Assembly (NCBI GenBank): GCA_043228905.1 | Contig: JBHGNT010000020.1 | Span: 13,702,001 to 13,766,000 of the forward strand | Direction: 5' to 3' | DNA from: Azolla caroliniana | Lineage: Eukaryota > Plantae > Polypodiophyta | DNA length: 64,000 bases | In this document: one piece after another, positions 36,401-49,315 of the stretch | Numbering within the stretch: the stretch's first letter is position 1 | Layout of the letters: each line of letters starts with the position of its first letter | Notes under the pieces: generated by a model | What the model was told of the DNA's origin: nothing | The model's database searches: none | The model's input: only the letters and a program-made list of their open reading frames with translations | Translations under genes and position numbers: made by a program

Positions 36401-38669
36401 GAGTTGAGTGCTATCATCTCTGTGTTTGAAGAATTACATTGCCATTTGGCTAGGACCCATCGCCAGATTTAGGTAATCATTGATCACAAAAAACCTTGTC
36501 TACTTCACCACCACCTGTAGCTTGAATCGTCGATGAGCTCTCTGGGCTAACTTCCTCACTGACTATTATTTTTAAATACATACCAAACGAACACCCAACA
36601 TGGGAAAGAAGATGCCCTTTCTCAAGCTCCGTGCTTTCTAAAGCCAGACCAAGTCAAGCTTTTTGCACCCTACACTCTCCAAAGCAACAAGTTTGCAAGA
36701 CACCACCACAACAATAAGATCAGATTGTTGGCCAAGGAAATGCAAGGAAATCTGGCAGTTCCTACTAAAGAAATGTCATGCAATGATATGGGCTCATTCA
36801 CATTCAAGGATGGGCTCCTTCTTCGGAACAACCCAATCTACATTCAGACAGCCCTAGTTGGATCAAAATCTTGTCAGAATCTCATGACAACGTGTGGCAA
36901 GGCACGTTGGTATCACGAAGATCCTCGAGCTAGTATCATGAAATTAATGATGGCCCCAATAGTGGAAGCTAGTTAAGGATCAGGACGCATGATACACATG
37001 TCCACTCCAAAGCCCCCCGTCATCAACCTTATGGTCATCTACAGCCTTTGCCAAATCCCATGCAACCTTGGGCCACAATTTCGGCAGACTTCATCATGGA
37101 CCTCCCCTCAGTTAAGGGGGTATGATTCTGCGCTAATCATCGGAACAAAAATACTACTCTAGTCATCTCAGGGACAGAAATAATAACGCTTATACTGGTG
37201 AATATGGTTCAACTATGCAGATGTCCGGATGACAATTTCAAATCATCTGCCACATGCCATCTCCCATTCTTGGAAATGACTGTTTCAGCTCCTCAAGATC
37301 TCAACCAAACCATCATCGGCATTTTATCCTCAACGTGATGGGCAAATAGAACAGATCAATCAAATCCTTAAAAGAACGGTTGGAGGAGGACAGCTGATCT
37401 GACTGGTGTAGTTCTGATTGCAATGTGTCAACTCGCACTTTTCATTTTCAATTTCTTCCCAAATCTCTCAGATGGAAGATAGGGTGTTTTGGATCTAACC
37501 ATGCCATCACATCATCTCTCTTTCAAATAAATTGTTTTAACATGCTACATGGAAACCTTTTTAAAGAAGTTCCTGAACTTTTTTAAGCTAGATAAAAACC
37601 TTAAAGACGAAATTTCTTGGTTTGAGGATCAAGCATGTATACATGGAAAAGTTACAAGCAGCCCTAGTCACTCTACTTCTGTTTCCAAAATTTCTTTGCC
37701 ATGAAATATTATGCAAGGAAAACCATTTAACCATGTTAATGATCAAACAAGTCTATAGATATTATTTCACAAGAATGGATTGTACTCACTCTACTTCAGT
37801 TTCTGAAAAATATCGTTTCTATAAAGCAATATGATGTAAAAAGAACAAATGGTAAGTTAATCTTCGTAATGCTGAAGAATGAATCATATTCACTCTACTC
37901 CAGTTTCCAAAAGAATTCTCTATTTAAGATTATTCCTTTTGTAGAAATTATACTAAGAGAATATAAGTTTATGTTAACGTTAATCATCAGGAAAATTCAA
38001 GAAAATGTTTCAAAAAATATCCATATTTCATTCTATATCCGTTTCTGCAATGCCTTACTATAATGCAACATGATGTAAAGATAATATAACAATATCAAAT
38101 CATCAAGAAAATTCATGGATTTGTCTTTCAAGAAGGATTAATCTACTTCAATTTCCAAATTTCCTTTGGTGGAAAGCACCATGATACATACAAAGAGAAT
38201 AATAACACTATGTTAATGATCAATCAAACCTATAGATATGCATCAAGCAAGAATCATAAGAGAATAAGATAACTACGTTTAAAAGATCGCGCATGTATCA
38301 AGAAAGAGACGAATTCAATCTACCTCAGCTCCTTGGCTATAACGCAACATTCCATGAAGATGCATTGTTTCCTTTAGCTGTTTCTGATCAGATTGCTTTT
38401 GTAAAAACTGAGATAAACTAAGCAATCCAGAGGATCCATAGCCTACAGGTTGCAATCTCTCAGTTGCTTCCTGGAAATCTACCTGTTCAAACCTGATAAA
38501 CGGAGAGAGAGCGAGAGATGAAGAATCCCACCATATTCATAAGAAAAGAAGAAACATACAGGCTGTTGTGATTTTTTTCCTTTGATTTTCTGTTTTACCT
38601 CGTAGAAGTGGAGAGTTGATTCTGCAGAAGCTTTTTGAGAGTGGGCTCTGCATCTTCTTCGTCTGCCAT
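30458..38669 (-). CDS. RBM41: RBM41-like single-RRM protein (paralogue of U11/U12-65K), 369 aa; exons 38669-38599, 38492-38324, 33202-33019, 32039-31969, 31837-31514, 30869-30719, 30597-30458
   Basis: All six introns are GT-AG and phase-compatible. N-terminus EEDAEPTLKKLLQNQLSTS..LQPVGYGSSGLLSLSQF. C-terminus EEEILRHRLSADEIRHLP..YMPGNPSQVIYIKNLSKDVTEEDLVALFARYQ..FRLMKRGRMKGQAFITFSDTETSSKALQLLNGYMLKGKPMVIEFG. The small internal exons 3-4 are less certain. Confidence 0.85.
33450..37380 (+). mobile_element. Highly decayed Tcn1-like gypsy element inside RBM41 intron 2 (antisense to the gene)
   Basis: Fragments LEKFDG, EHRPYDCPIDL, MDHFVMVYLEDILIFSK, IYDKELSAII, GKEDALS, TISADFIMDLP and SSAFYPQRDGQIEQINQ. 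An internal ~250-bp duplication lies at 34735-35210. Confidence 0.8.
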
Positions 38670-38820
38670 CGCTACTGTCTGCTCTCTGGGGTACCAAAAA
38701 TTACCAAAATACCCCTCGCGTATTTTACGCATTTCCCCAAATACCCCTTATAAAAGAATAAGTGGTGTTAAAACTTATATAAGAACAAAAAAATATGCTC
38801 CACACTTGTGTGAATCTTAG

Positions 38821-39851
38821 CAATGGGTCCGGTTCGGTTTCTTTGCCTTGAAACCAAACCTAACTGAACCAAACCATTTATATAAAACACAACTGAACCA
38901 AACCGTTTATGAACTTTCAAGCCATTAAATCAAACCATTTAAGAAAAAGTAAACCAGACTATTTAAACCAAAACCGTTTAGGGAAAAGTTGAAACCAAAC
39001 TGAGTCATTTAATAAAAAATTTAAACCTAAACATATTTAAGTCAAACTAATTAAAAAATTAAATAAGTAAAAATACACTAAATTAAATAAACATTTAAGT
39101 TAAGTGAATTAACTACAATTACGATGGGCTCACAATGTCTGAAAACTAAAGCACTTGACAGGGAAGGGTATGAAAATGAGAGAAACATTGCCCCAGAAAA
39201 GAAATTTGATGCAATGCAATGTGTGTGATTTGAATACTGAATCCTTACCACATTGCTACAGTGAAAGATGCAAGACCATATACTTACACAGCAATTTGAC
39301 ATTGAATTTTTCTACCAAATTGCAAGACCATATACTCAAGCAACAACTTGAATATTGAATCCTACTTACTACCAAATTGCGAAGGTTAAAAATGCAAGAC
39401 CATATACTCAAGCAACAACTTGAATATTGAATCTGTTACCAAATATCATGTATTCAAGCAGAATTTTGAACACTAAATTTGTTACCAAATTTTGATGGTG
39501 AAAATGCAAAACCATATAATTAAAAGTAGCAAGCAGGATCATGTAAAAATAGTGGACTATTTGGTATATTGTCTCTGTCCACTATAATTTTAATTTTTAA
39601 TACAAATGGAGGATATTTTTTATGGAAAACATTTAAAAGGATAAAAAAAGTTAACCCAAAAACCTATAAGCCTTTAAACCAAACTACTTAAACCTATAAA
39701 CCGATAAACCGATAAACACCAGTTTCAGAACCAAACCGAACCGTTTATAATAATTAAAACCAAACAAACCATTTAATTATTTTGGAACTTATAAACCTTT
39801 CAACTATGGCTTAACGGTTCGGTTCAGTTTGAGCCCAAACCGGGCCCATTG
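38821..39851. mobile_element. hAT-type MITE in the RBM41/FBN4 divergent intergenic region
   Basis: Imperfect TIRs CAATGGGTCCGGTTCGG and CCAAACCGGGCCCATTG, with AACCG-rich subtermini. The 8-mer ACTTGTGT occurs at 38804 and 39852 and may be a TSD, though offset by 9 bp on the left. Confidence 0.65.
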
Positions 39852-39992
39852 ACTTGTGTCCACACAATGAGGTATGGACTTAGGAGGAGCCACAACCTAG
39901 AGAGAGAGAGAGAGAGAGAGAGATTTAGACCATAATACACACAGGCAACAGTGACAGACAGACAGACAGAGACAGAGAGACAGAGAGGATCC

Positions 39993-42292
39993 ATGGCCAA
40001 TATCAATGGTGGAGCTCTACATGTAATCCCATCACATATTACATTTGGCGTTAATTCTGAGAGGCTAACAACATCCCTTGTGATGATTAGATCTTCAGTC
40101 ATGCCACTTCATGATGGCCATATCATCAAACCTAGCAAGATTCCTCACAGGATTGGCTGCCAATACCGCCTCCATACATTTCAGCGGCCGCCGGTGTCTG
40201 CCTCTCTGGGTGCAGAGTATACTGCAGATAATGTGGATGACTCTACCATCATTCCTCCCATCGAATCATCACCATTAGGTTATAGTAGTGAGTCTTCATC
40301 AGATAATGTTGTTGCTCCTTCTCCGAGCAATCACAAGTCAAAACTGTCTTCCCTCAAGCTCAAGCTCTTGGTAAAAAGAAAAAAAAAACTGATAAACATA
40401 GAGAAACCCCATTAAACTAATAATGAAATTGAAGATTTTATGACTAGATAACGTTTTTGATATGCTTAATTTTATGTCTAGGCATTGGTTGCAGGGCTCG
40501 ATCGAGGCTTGGCAGCCGCAAGCAGCTTGGAAACTGAGGCGGTCGAGAATGCAGCGGCAGAACTAGAGGCAGCATTTGCTGAAGACAAATCGGAAGGTGG
40601 TTTCGACACAAATTTGGAGGATCGGCTCCAGGGCCGGTGGCGGCTCGTGTACAGTAGCGGATTCGCATCAACTGGTAGCCTCGGTGGGAGGCGCCCTGGG
40701 CCGCCGGCAGCTGTGGTGCCCCCTCTTTTCAAGCTTGGACAGGTACTAGCTAGCTCTTCCAATGCCTCCAAATGTCATGTTGAGATGGACATTCCAGTGG
40801 GGAAGGGCATTCTAGCATGGATTCTTGACTTACAGAATACTAGAGAGTTCCATCGATTTCTCACTTCCAAGTTTTACAAGTTGTAATGGATCCATGTGCA
40901 TGTTTGATTTAGTTGGACGATATTGGCGCACGGATTGTGACCCGAAGCACATTTGCCGAGTGTTGACTAGTACATACTTACAGGAGTTCCATCATAATCC
41001 ACCTGGAGATGGATTTCTGACTTAAGAGTAGTTGAGTCATAATGGGCACTTAAGCACCTATTCTGATTTAGATGAGTTCAATCACTCTATCAGTGATTGT
41101 GACTTGCATGGGTTTAAACAAAGTGCACACTAACCTTGATTCCCAAATGAGAGGAATTCAAGGACAATTCACTCTAGCACCTATTCTGATTTAGAGGAGT
41201 GATTCAAGAGGAGTTCAATCACTATGCTCTCTAGCACCGATTGTGACTTAGATGGGTTTAAACATAGTCCACTCCAACACCGATTCCAAATGAGAGGAAT
41301 TCAGGGACAGTGCACTCTAGCACCGGTTTTGTCGTAACGGGCCTCTAAGTCCTAATCCATTCTTGTACAACGCTAGATTCTTGTAGACATTCAATCTTAG
41401 TCCCATCTAGCATGACTTCTAACATAATTACATTTTATTATAATCCATTCTAACATTGAAACTTACGAATTTCTAAACTAGAACTGAACCCAAGCGAATT
41501 GGTTAAGCTCTTAAGTCATGGTTTCATGATTTGATTCGGCTCAAACCAAAAGGTTGCCTATTCCTATCTATAAATTTGATCACAATAGTAATACTTGAAT
41601 TTAACCCTTTAACAAGGTAAGTTGGCAAGGTCATGAATTTATACACAAATTATAGTTCTGTTGATTAAATTGATGAGACCTTTCTCTTTATACAACTTGC
41701 CTTCAATCAAAATCCTATTTTTTGGAAGGTGAACTATATTATTTGTAAATTAGAAACTCCCTCCCTTATAAAATATACTAATGCCTTTCAATTTTACATT
41801 TGTGTAATAGAGATAGACCTAGCTTTACAAATTCATGAGATTGACATGTTTTGATAGGTCTACCAAAGAATCGATGTGCTTGCAAAGGAGCTTGATAACA
41901 TCGTTTACTTGAATGTAGCAAGCCCATGGCCTCTACCACCTCTTCAAGTGGTTGCAACATTAGCACATTCGTACAAAGTAGAGGGTAAGCATCAAAGTAA
42001 CATTTCAACTATGTACAAAGTTTTTTATCACATGTTTTGACTAAAATTATACTTATTTATGCACATAGGTGATAACAGTATTCAAATCATTTTTGAAAAG
42101 ACGTCATTGAAATTTGAAGGAGCGAACTTGATTAGCGAAGTGCCCCCTATTGAACTCCCACAATTACCACCTGATTTTTTAAGACCATTCCCGACTTTGC
42201 GACGCGGAACTTTCCAAATAACTCTCTTAGATGAAAACATGCGGATTACACGAGGGGATCGTGGAGAGCTCAGAGTTTTTGTATTGGTATAA
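39993..42292 (+). CDS. FBN4: Plastid lipid-associated protein / fibrillin 4; exons 39993-40370, 40482-40742, 41858-41984, 42069-42292
   Basis: LKLKLL|ALVAGLDRGLAA..LQGRWRLVYSSGF..LGGRRPGPP..LGQ|VYQRIDVLAKELDNIV..PWPLPPLQVVATLAH..|..MRITRGDRGELRVFV matches the recalled FBN4 sequence. Introns are GT-AG and in phase, and the N-terminus is Ser-rich and transit-peptide-like. Confidence 0.92.
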
Positions 42293-43085
42293 ATGTTATT
42301 GCAACATCCACCAAAAATGTACACAACAAATATTCTTTATGAAGTATAGATGATGTACATATGAGGAGAAATCCAAATGTACATGTATAAAATGCTGACA
42401 AGCTACATATTTATTTATCATATCATGGCAAACTATTTTCTAACATAACAGTTCTAGTTCTTATAAGCACAGAAGATCGTTTTGGTGGAGGATAATAGTT
42501 TTAAATCAAGAAAGAGCATGACATACTTTTCAATTGTTTTTTCCCAAATCATCCTTACCAATAAAAGGTTCAATCACAAAAACGCAATCAATAAAACCTG
42601 TCCAATGTTGGTTGATGGTAATGCACTGAGGAAAATGATGGCGTTTAGATAACAACAGTGACATGCCTGAGAGTGGAGGGGAGGGGATGAAATGAAAGGA
42701 ATAGATGAAACAAAAAAACCTGTCTGATGCTGGTTGATGGTAATGCATTGAAGACAATGATGTTTAGATAAATCCGGTGCTATACCTGTGAGGGGAGGAA
42801 ATGAAATGAATACATGTAACATTAATGTCTAGAAAAGGTCAAAATAACATATGAGAGACAGTTGGCCTTTGTCTACACAGCTTTTGGTTTGGACCAGTAG
42901 CATTGATTTTACACAAGATGGCACAACTTGGGATCAGTGTAGAGTCTATCAAATCCTCTTGAGTCGGGAAGTTTTCAAATGCAACAAAACCTTTCGCAAA
43001 CATCTTTAGAAGAGGTATTGATATATGTTTGGTAGGCCAAGAAACAACAATAATTGTTTTGGGGGTTTTTCGCACAAGTCCACGA

Positions 43086-46000
43086 CTATTGCATTTCAGA
43101 TTGTGTACCATTGATCCTCTCTTCTTGGTTTATATGGAAACCGAGTGTACCCCTTCTCTCTCCTGTTCCAAGGCAACGATCACAAAAATCCAACCCACTG
43201 CCTTTGCAATCTCCACACCTATTCCAAAACCCAAATGTATGTTTTAATTTATTTTTAATTAATATGTGGTTAAATGCTCATTTATTTTCAGTTAAAAGAA
43301 CACCAACACATAAATTGACAAAGGTATGCATTTGTATATATAATATAACCCAAAATGATGTGGTTAAATGCTCATTTATTTTCAGTTAAAAGAACACCAA
43401 CACATAAATTGACAAAGGTATGCATTTGAATATATAATATAACCCAAAATGATGTGGTTAAATGCTCATTTATTTTCAGTTAAAAGAACACCAACACATA
43501 AATTGACAAAGGTATGCATTTGTATATATAATATAACCCAAAATGATGTGGTTAAATGCTCATTTATTTCAGTTAAAAGAACAGCAACACATAAATTGAC
43601 AAAGGTATGCATTCTTTGTATATATATAAACCAAAATGATCAAACCCACACACCAGAAGTAACCGCAACAAGCTTTACCATACTAAAGGCAAAATGAACA
43701 CAAGGGGAACACCAATATACTTCTACCTTGTTCATGATATTTTTTCAATTACCCCTACCTTACTCATGGCATTCAACCCAAATAACCCCAACTTGTTTAC
43801 AATACTTATCCAGACACAGATACTACACCCCTTAAGCTTTCAACAATAGAGATTGAAAAAGAGTGATTCCATATGCAAATAAAAGAAAGCTAGGATATAT
43901 AATAGCATCACGATTCGGACAATGTATAACTTTTTACATTATTTGGCCACCCTTCTTTTCTAGAAAACGTTGTGTTTATATTTAAAATTTGATACTTTCA
44001 AATATAATATTTCCTTACCAAACAGGCCACTCTCCTTTTGGCAGCATAGCAAACTCCATGAAATTTGTCCGCCCTGAAAGCAAGCATCAGTGCTTTTGTT
44101 AAGTGTGGCTCTTTTTTATTCATCTTCGTGCTTATAGTTCAAAACCAATATATGTTATAAGTTATATCAGAATAAGGTATACATAGATCAAACAAGGTAG
44201 TTAGGCTAATCCTATGCTATATTACAACATATAGTTATTACCAAAGTAAGAGATTCATTGTATAAAAATATAGTTATTCTGATCATCCATATCTCCATTG
44301 CCTATTCTTAGTATACCAATGTATATGAATCATTGTATTAGGTCCATATAGAATAGCTATGCCAGTCATTTGTTTCTCCATAACCTATTCTCAACATACA
44401 GTTGTCAGAAAACCATTGTATTAGGTGCAAATAAGAGAGTTGTGCCAATAATATATAATATCCAGAATAACAATTTAGTTATGCCACTAATAAATAATAT
44501 CCACAATCTCGTTAATGCATTTTTAATATACCAATGTAAGTGAAGCAGTGTAATTCTAATACACGCAAGGGCATACTGCACTCCAATTTTTTGAGGATTA
44601 AACTTGACCTTTTCCTCCTTAATTTCAGTTTAATGACTGAAAACGAATTACACCTTAGTGCGATAGGATACAAGGTCTATATATAGCGTGGAAAGCAACC
44701 AGTGTATTCTAATATACTTACACTAAAACTCCCTATACATTATGTTAATGCATTCGAAAGAGCAAAATGAGCTATGAGACCAAAGATATTGCAATTTAGT
44801 AAGATATGATACAAAGTTTGTAGATAGCAGGGAAGGCAATATAAGTTGAATGTGACATAGGCCAAAATGACCTATATGTGATATTCCTGTCTTCAAAAGA
44901 ACAAAATTAACAAAATGAGCTATGAGAATAAAGAATTACATCTTAGTGAGACATCATACTAAGTTTCTAGATAGCTATAGCAATATAACATAGGTTAAAT
45001 TACATATATGTTTCATTAATGTCTTTGAAAGGCCAAAATGACGTAAGAGAATTACAGAATGTAGTGAGCTATGATACAAAGTCTTCAGATAACAAGGAAA
45101 AATAGTCTATTAACGTATCTAAAGAGGCCAATGCAGGTTATGAGACAAAAACAATACTGTATAGATTGTGCAATTGTTTGAGAAATGAAAATTAACAAAC
45201 ACTAAATTGAGATAAAAAGGCCTAAGTGGTCATGTTGAGCTATCCTATAGCTCCATGAGATGCCTCATCTCAACTGAATTATTCTCCTTTAGTAGTCTTG
45301 ACTCAAGTCTCCAATGCTTCCCAATGATGGCTAGTACTTGATTATGGGGAGAGTGTCTCATTCTTCTCCAAGTTGGTATGAGGTGTCTCCTAGCTCCATG
45401 TTCTTCAGCACTCTCTATGGTAATCCCTTTAGGTATCTCATGTAGCCTATTTGGGCTTACATGAGTTGTTGGGCATGTGGTATGTAGGGGAGGCAAGTTA
45501 AGGTCGAATTGCATGACATGATGCAATGATTCAAACCCTTCCTAGAATAGACAGTGGTATTGGCCTTGAATATCAGAGTATACAATACATTACTGTGCCT
45601 ATGACCGACATAGCTTGCTATCAGCTCACTTTCTCCCATCTACCAGTCTATTCTGAACTGATGTGAAGATGTGTGTATTTGCTTGATGGCTGTATGTAGG
45701 CCATGCGTAAGTTGTGTATCCATGTATCTAATGAGGATGATGAAAGCATCATGGAATATCTGAAGAAAATGAGTATAGTAATGTGTCATCCTCATACCAT
45801 CGAGAATTGGTGGGTTAAGCATGTCATCTTAGTGTTCAACCTCGATTGATTGCTCTTATCATCTGATTCACTTTCAACCAGTTAAGCCTTAAGGTGGGTC
45901 AGTACAAACTGTAGTCAAATGGGGTAGTTTGTCTATACACATACTATGCAAGCCTAACCAAGAACTCATTTGGGCATACCAATATTGAATATGTACAGCT

Positions 46001-48632
46001 GCTCCCAATCGCTTCGAAGAAGTGAGAGAAGGCTGCGAGTATCTATAGTTGCAAAGAAAGAACGATATATTAACTTATTTCGGTGGCCAAATTGGCCTAT
46101 GAAGCAATGGAAAGGGAAGCACCTTTGATGCCATCCATGTGATGATGGCCTTTATTTGTTGATAACAACGGTGATAGGGCCATCATGTAGATAGATGTGG
46201 CCTAAATGTATGATAATTTGCTATTGCCTGATCCTCTGTAACCCATTTCAAGGCTGAAACTCTATTTGTGTCACCCTTGATGCATTTGTAGCATGAAGAA
46301 GGGTAAAGCGAAAGAAAGTTGCATTGGTCCCTTGTTGATGAGCTTTGTGGTGGTTTCCAACAACTTTTCACTACATCTCTTGATACCTCTCCCTTATTTC
46401 ATAAACGCAATACAATGACACACAATGGCAGATCTAGTCTTTGATAGACTTGTATGTATAGCTGGCTGTCTCAATCTCTAACTGATAAGAAGAGGTCCTG
46501 AGCTGCCCTATCACACTATAGAAGGTTCCACAATCTTTATCTGGTGGTTTTTGCTTGGAATAGAGCTTCAACTGCCATGGGTGATAGTCTTTGTATCACA
46601 CATGATAACAGCATGGTGATCAGTTTTGTGTGCTCCTATTAATCATAATATTTTTTGCTTGGATTGTTTTCTTCTAAGAATAGTTGTTTACATGCTTAAT
46701 AGCGTCCTGAACTACAATTTTCTGATCCATATTCAAATTGAGTGCAACAACAGTGTCAAAATGCATACCTTAGTTTCTGGCTCTTGAAATTGCATGTGTC
46801 AACTAAGCTTCTGTGTCTCCTGCTGAGAGAATTGTGGCCCTTCAACTGTGGGCCACAAGTAGACATACTGTTGAACATATTTCATAAGCGCTCCTCTAAA
46901 GATGAAGTAGTTCTTAAACTTTCTAGCCAATTAATGTCATCAGCATAGAGCAATACTTCCACTAATCTAGCTCCACCCAATCCTTTGATGTAATTGAAAC
47001 CTCGTCTATGGATAATATCAAATAGCATGGGTGATTGTTGGACATCCTTCTTGCCTCACTCCAATGGCACTCAGAACAAAAGAGAGGTGCCAACCAGGCC
47101 ATAGTTGAAATGGCCAAGTCAACTGTTTAGAGATTGTCAGGACATCACTGCGAGCTTATTAGTTCGCTACACTGATGTGGCATGTAGTTTCAGAGAAGTG
47201 ATATCTGTTGTAATAAAGATGATGTGTTGAAAGCCTAATAGCTTACCATTAGAGTAAACCCATTGCGGTATATATAAACACAATAGATATAGATATATAG
47301 ATAGAGAAATAGAGAGAGACCTCTGCCCTTACAACATCTGCATTTAATCCGACCACTCCCTTTGCAAATTGTACATGGTAAATCTGGTACTTTTCTCCTC
47401 TCTCGATGAACATTTGACTGTGAGAAGATGAAACAAAAAATAATAGAGACCAAGTTCAGCAACATAGCCCAACAATACATCAATATTAAACTAGCAAACA
47501 AAGTTACGGTTATAAAAAGAAAAGAAAATCCCAAGAATACTTCATGTGGATGTAAAAGACGTCAGATACATCTAAATGGACACATTAGGGATAATAATAC
47601 ATTGACATGGACATTGGAAAAAGACGAGAATACATAAATATGGACATAACGAATACCATGAATTCATACATAAAGGCATAATGACAAGAACACATAGATA
47701 TGGACATAAAGAATACCATGAATTCATACAAAATACCATAGAAGAAACTTGAAACCCAAATACACACAGATACTTGTATAGGACATACCAAGAATATACA
47801 GATAATGGAATATAAAAAACCCAAATATATACAGATACTGACATTAAAAAAGGCCCCCATAAAACTAAATTAAGATCGATATTGGCATAAAAGAATACCA
47901 TGAATGAACAGATATGGCTAAAAGAAATAGAAAATAAACGCTAAAGTTATCATTTTTAAAAGATAAAAGTGGCCCAATTTACATAGATATTGAACATGGA
48001 AATATGATAATGGGATATAACAAAATTCAAATATACATTGAAAGCACCCAAATATACACATATATTGACATACGAAATATATATGCAGGAATGGGTGCGA
48101 GAAATAAGAAGAAGAAACAGAAAATGGCATAAGAAGAAACCTGAATACGCACAGAAATGGGAAAAAGAAAACAACGAACACATGGACAATGGCATACGGA
48201 AACATCCGAAAACAGACACATAATAGCATAAAGAAAACCTAAATATATACAAAAATAGTCATAAAGAATACCTAAATATATATAGAAATAGGTATAAAAA
48301 AGAGCAAAAATAGACGGACATTAGCATTGGAACAGCTCAAACATACACAGAAATGGGCATGAAAAAATCCTTCTACTAAACAAATATTGTACACATGATT
48401 TAACAGAAGTAAAGCAATTAAAAATGGAAAAGAAAATCTTAAGTGAAAAAATAAATAATTTAAAAAAAGGGCTCTTTATATTGACCTCTGATTGCACTAT
48501 CCACGAGCTTCTTAAGTCCCTCCAAGGGCTAAGCATCAGATTGATGTAAGAATCGCTTGATGAGAAATCCTCATTAGGTTTGTTGCTTTGGAAGCCTCCA
48601 ATTACTAACAATTTGCTGAGAATCGCTGCCAT
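43086..48632 (-). CDS. DnaJ/Hsp40 cysteine-rich zinc-finger protein lacking a J-domain, 143 aa, probably plastid-targeted; exons 48632-48486, 47417-47321, 44073-44019, 43218-43086
   Basis: Spliced product PCTICKGSGRIKCRCCKGRG|RTNFMEFAMLPKGEWPVW|CGDCKGSGLDFCDRCLGTGERRGTLGF has four CxxCxGxG repeats. Introns are GT-AG and in phase. Confidence 0.9.
43264..43640. repeat. Intronic tandem repeat, 4 x 94 bp
   Basis: Units start at 43264, 43358, 43452 and 43546 (ATGTGGTTAAATGCTCATTTATT...). Confidence 0.95.
45250..47100 (-). mobile_element. Decayed LINE (RT remnant) in the DnaJ zinc-finger intron
   Basis: Minus-strand EVLLYADDI near 46940 and a GVRQEGCP-like motif near 47050. Boundaries are approximate. 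Confidence 0.6.
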
Positions 48633-48990
48633 TTACTTGATGGGTTTTTCTGCAGAGAATTGTGTTGTTTATGTTCGAGAAAAATATAATTTCTCTCTAT
48701 CCATCCCTTTGGAAAGACTGTAAATTCTTTTTCTTACTAAAGTTCTTATGATATTTTGCTCCTTATGTGGGCTGAGAAATAACTCTTCTAGACTTTTGCT
48801 GATCAAATTTGTGGCTCTTGCTATTTTCCTGGTATTTCCTTATCACTTGGGCTCTTGCTATTTTCCACATAATTGAGTCTTGCTTCACTGGAGTGTGTGG
48901 GTTACTTTACACTCCTGATTTACTCATGTTTCTCCTATGGGAGAAAGGCTCTTTTTCTCGAGTGAAAGGAAGGCCCGATCCCACGGTAGC

Positions 48991-49315
48991 AGATAAATCT
49001 TCTCAAATATCGTATTCAGATTATCATGTTGTAATCGGATCGAGCTAGAAGACAAATCTTCTCAAACATCGGACTCGGACTATCATGTCGTAATAGGATC
49101 AAGCTAGAAGATAAATCTTCGCAAACATTGGACTCGGACTATCATGTCGTAATAGGATCAAGCTAGAAGATAAATCTTCGCAAACATTGGACTCGGACTA
49201 TCATGTCGTAATAGGATCAAGCTAGAAGATAAATCTTCGCAAACATTGGACTCGGACTATCATGTCGTAATAGGATCAAGCTAGAAGTTAAATCTTCTCA
49301 ATCATTGGATTCGGA
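48991..49315. repeat. Tandem repeat, about 5.5 x 59 bp, upstream of the DnaJ zinc-finger gene
   Basis: Unit ATAAATCTTCGCAAACATTGGACTCGGACTATCATGTCGTAATAGGATCAAGCTAGAAG. The central copies are near-identical. Confidence 0.95.

Noticed and set aside
30598-38598. Possible U12-type introns in the RBM41 gene
   Set aside because: No predicted donor matches RTATCCTT; all look like U2-type GT-AG.
47560-48400. Hydrophobic minus-strand ORFs resembling membrane proteins
   Set aside because: Low-complexity, degenerate A-rich repeats within intron 1 of the DnaJ zinc-finger gene.
48991-49315. CRISPR-like appearance of regular repeats (also 8279-8571 and 43264-43640)
   Set aside because: Head-to-tail units without unique spacers, no cas genes, eukaryotic context.
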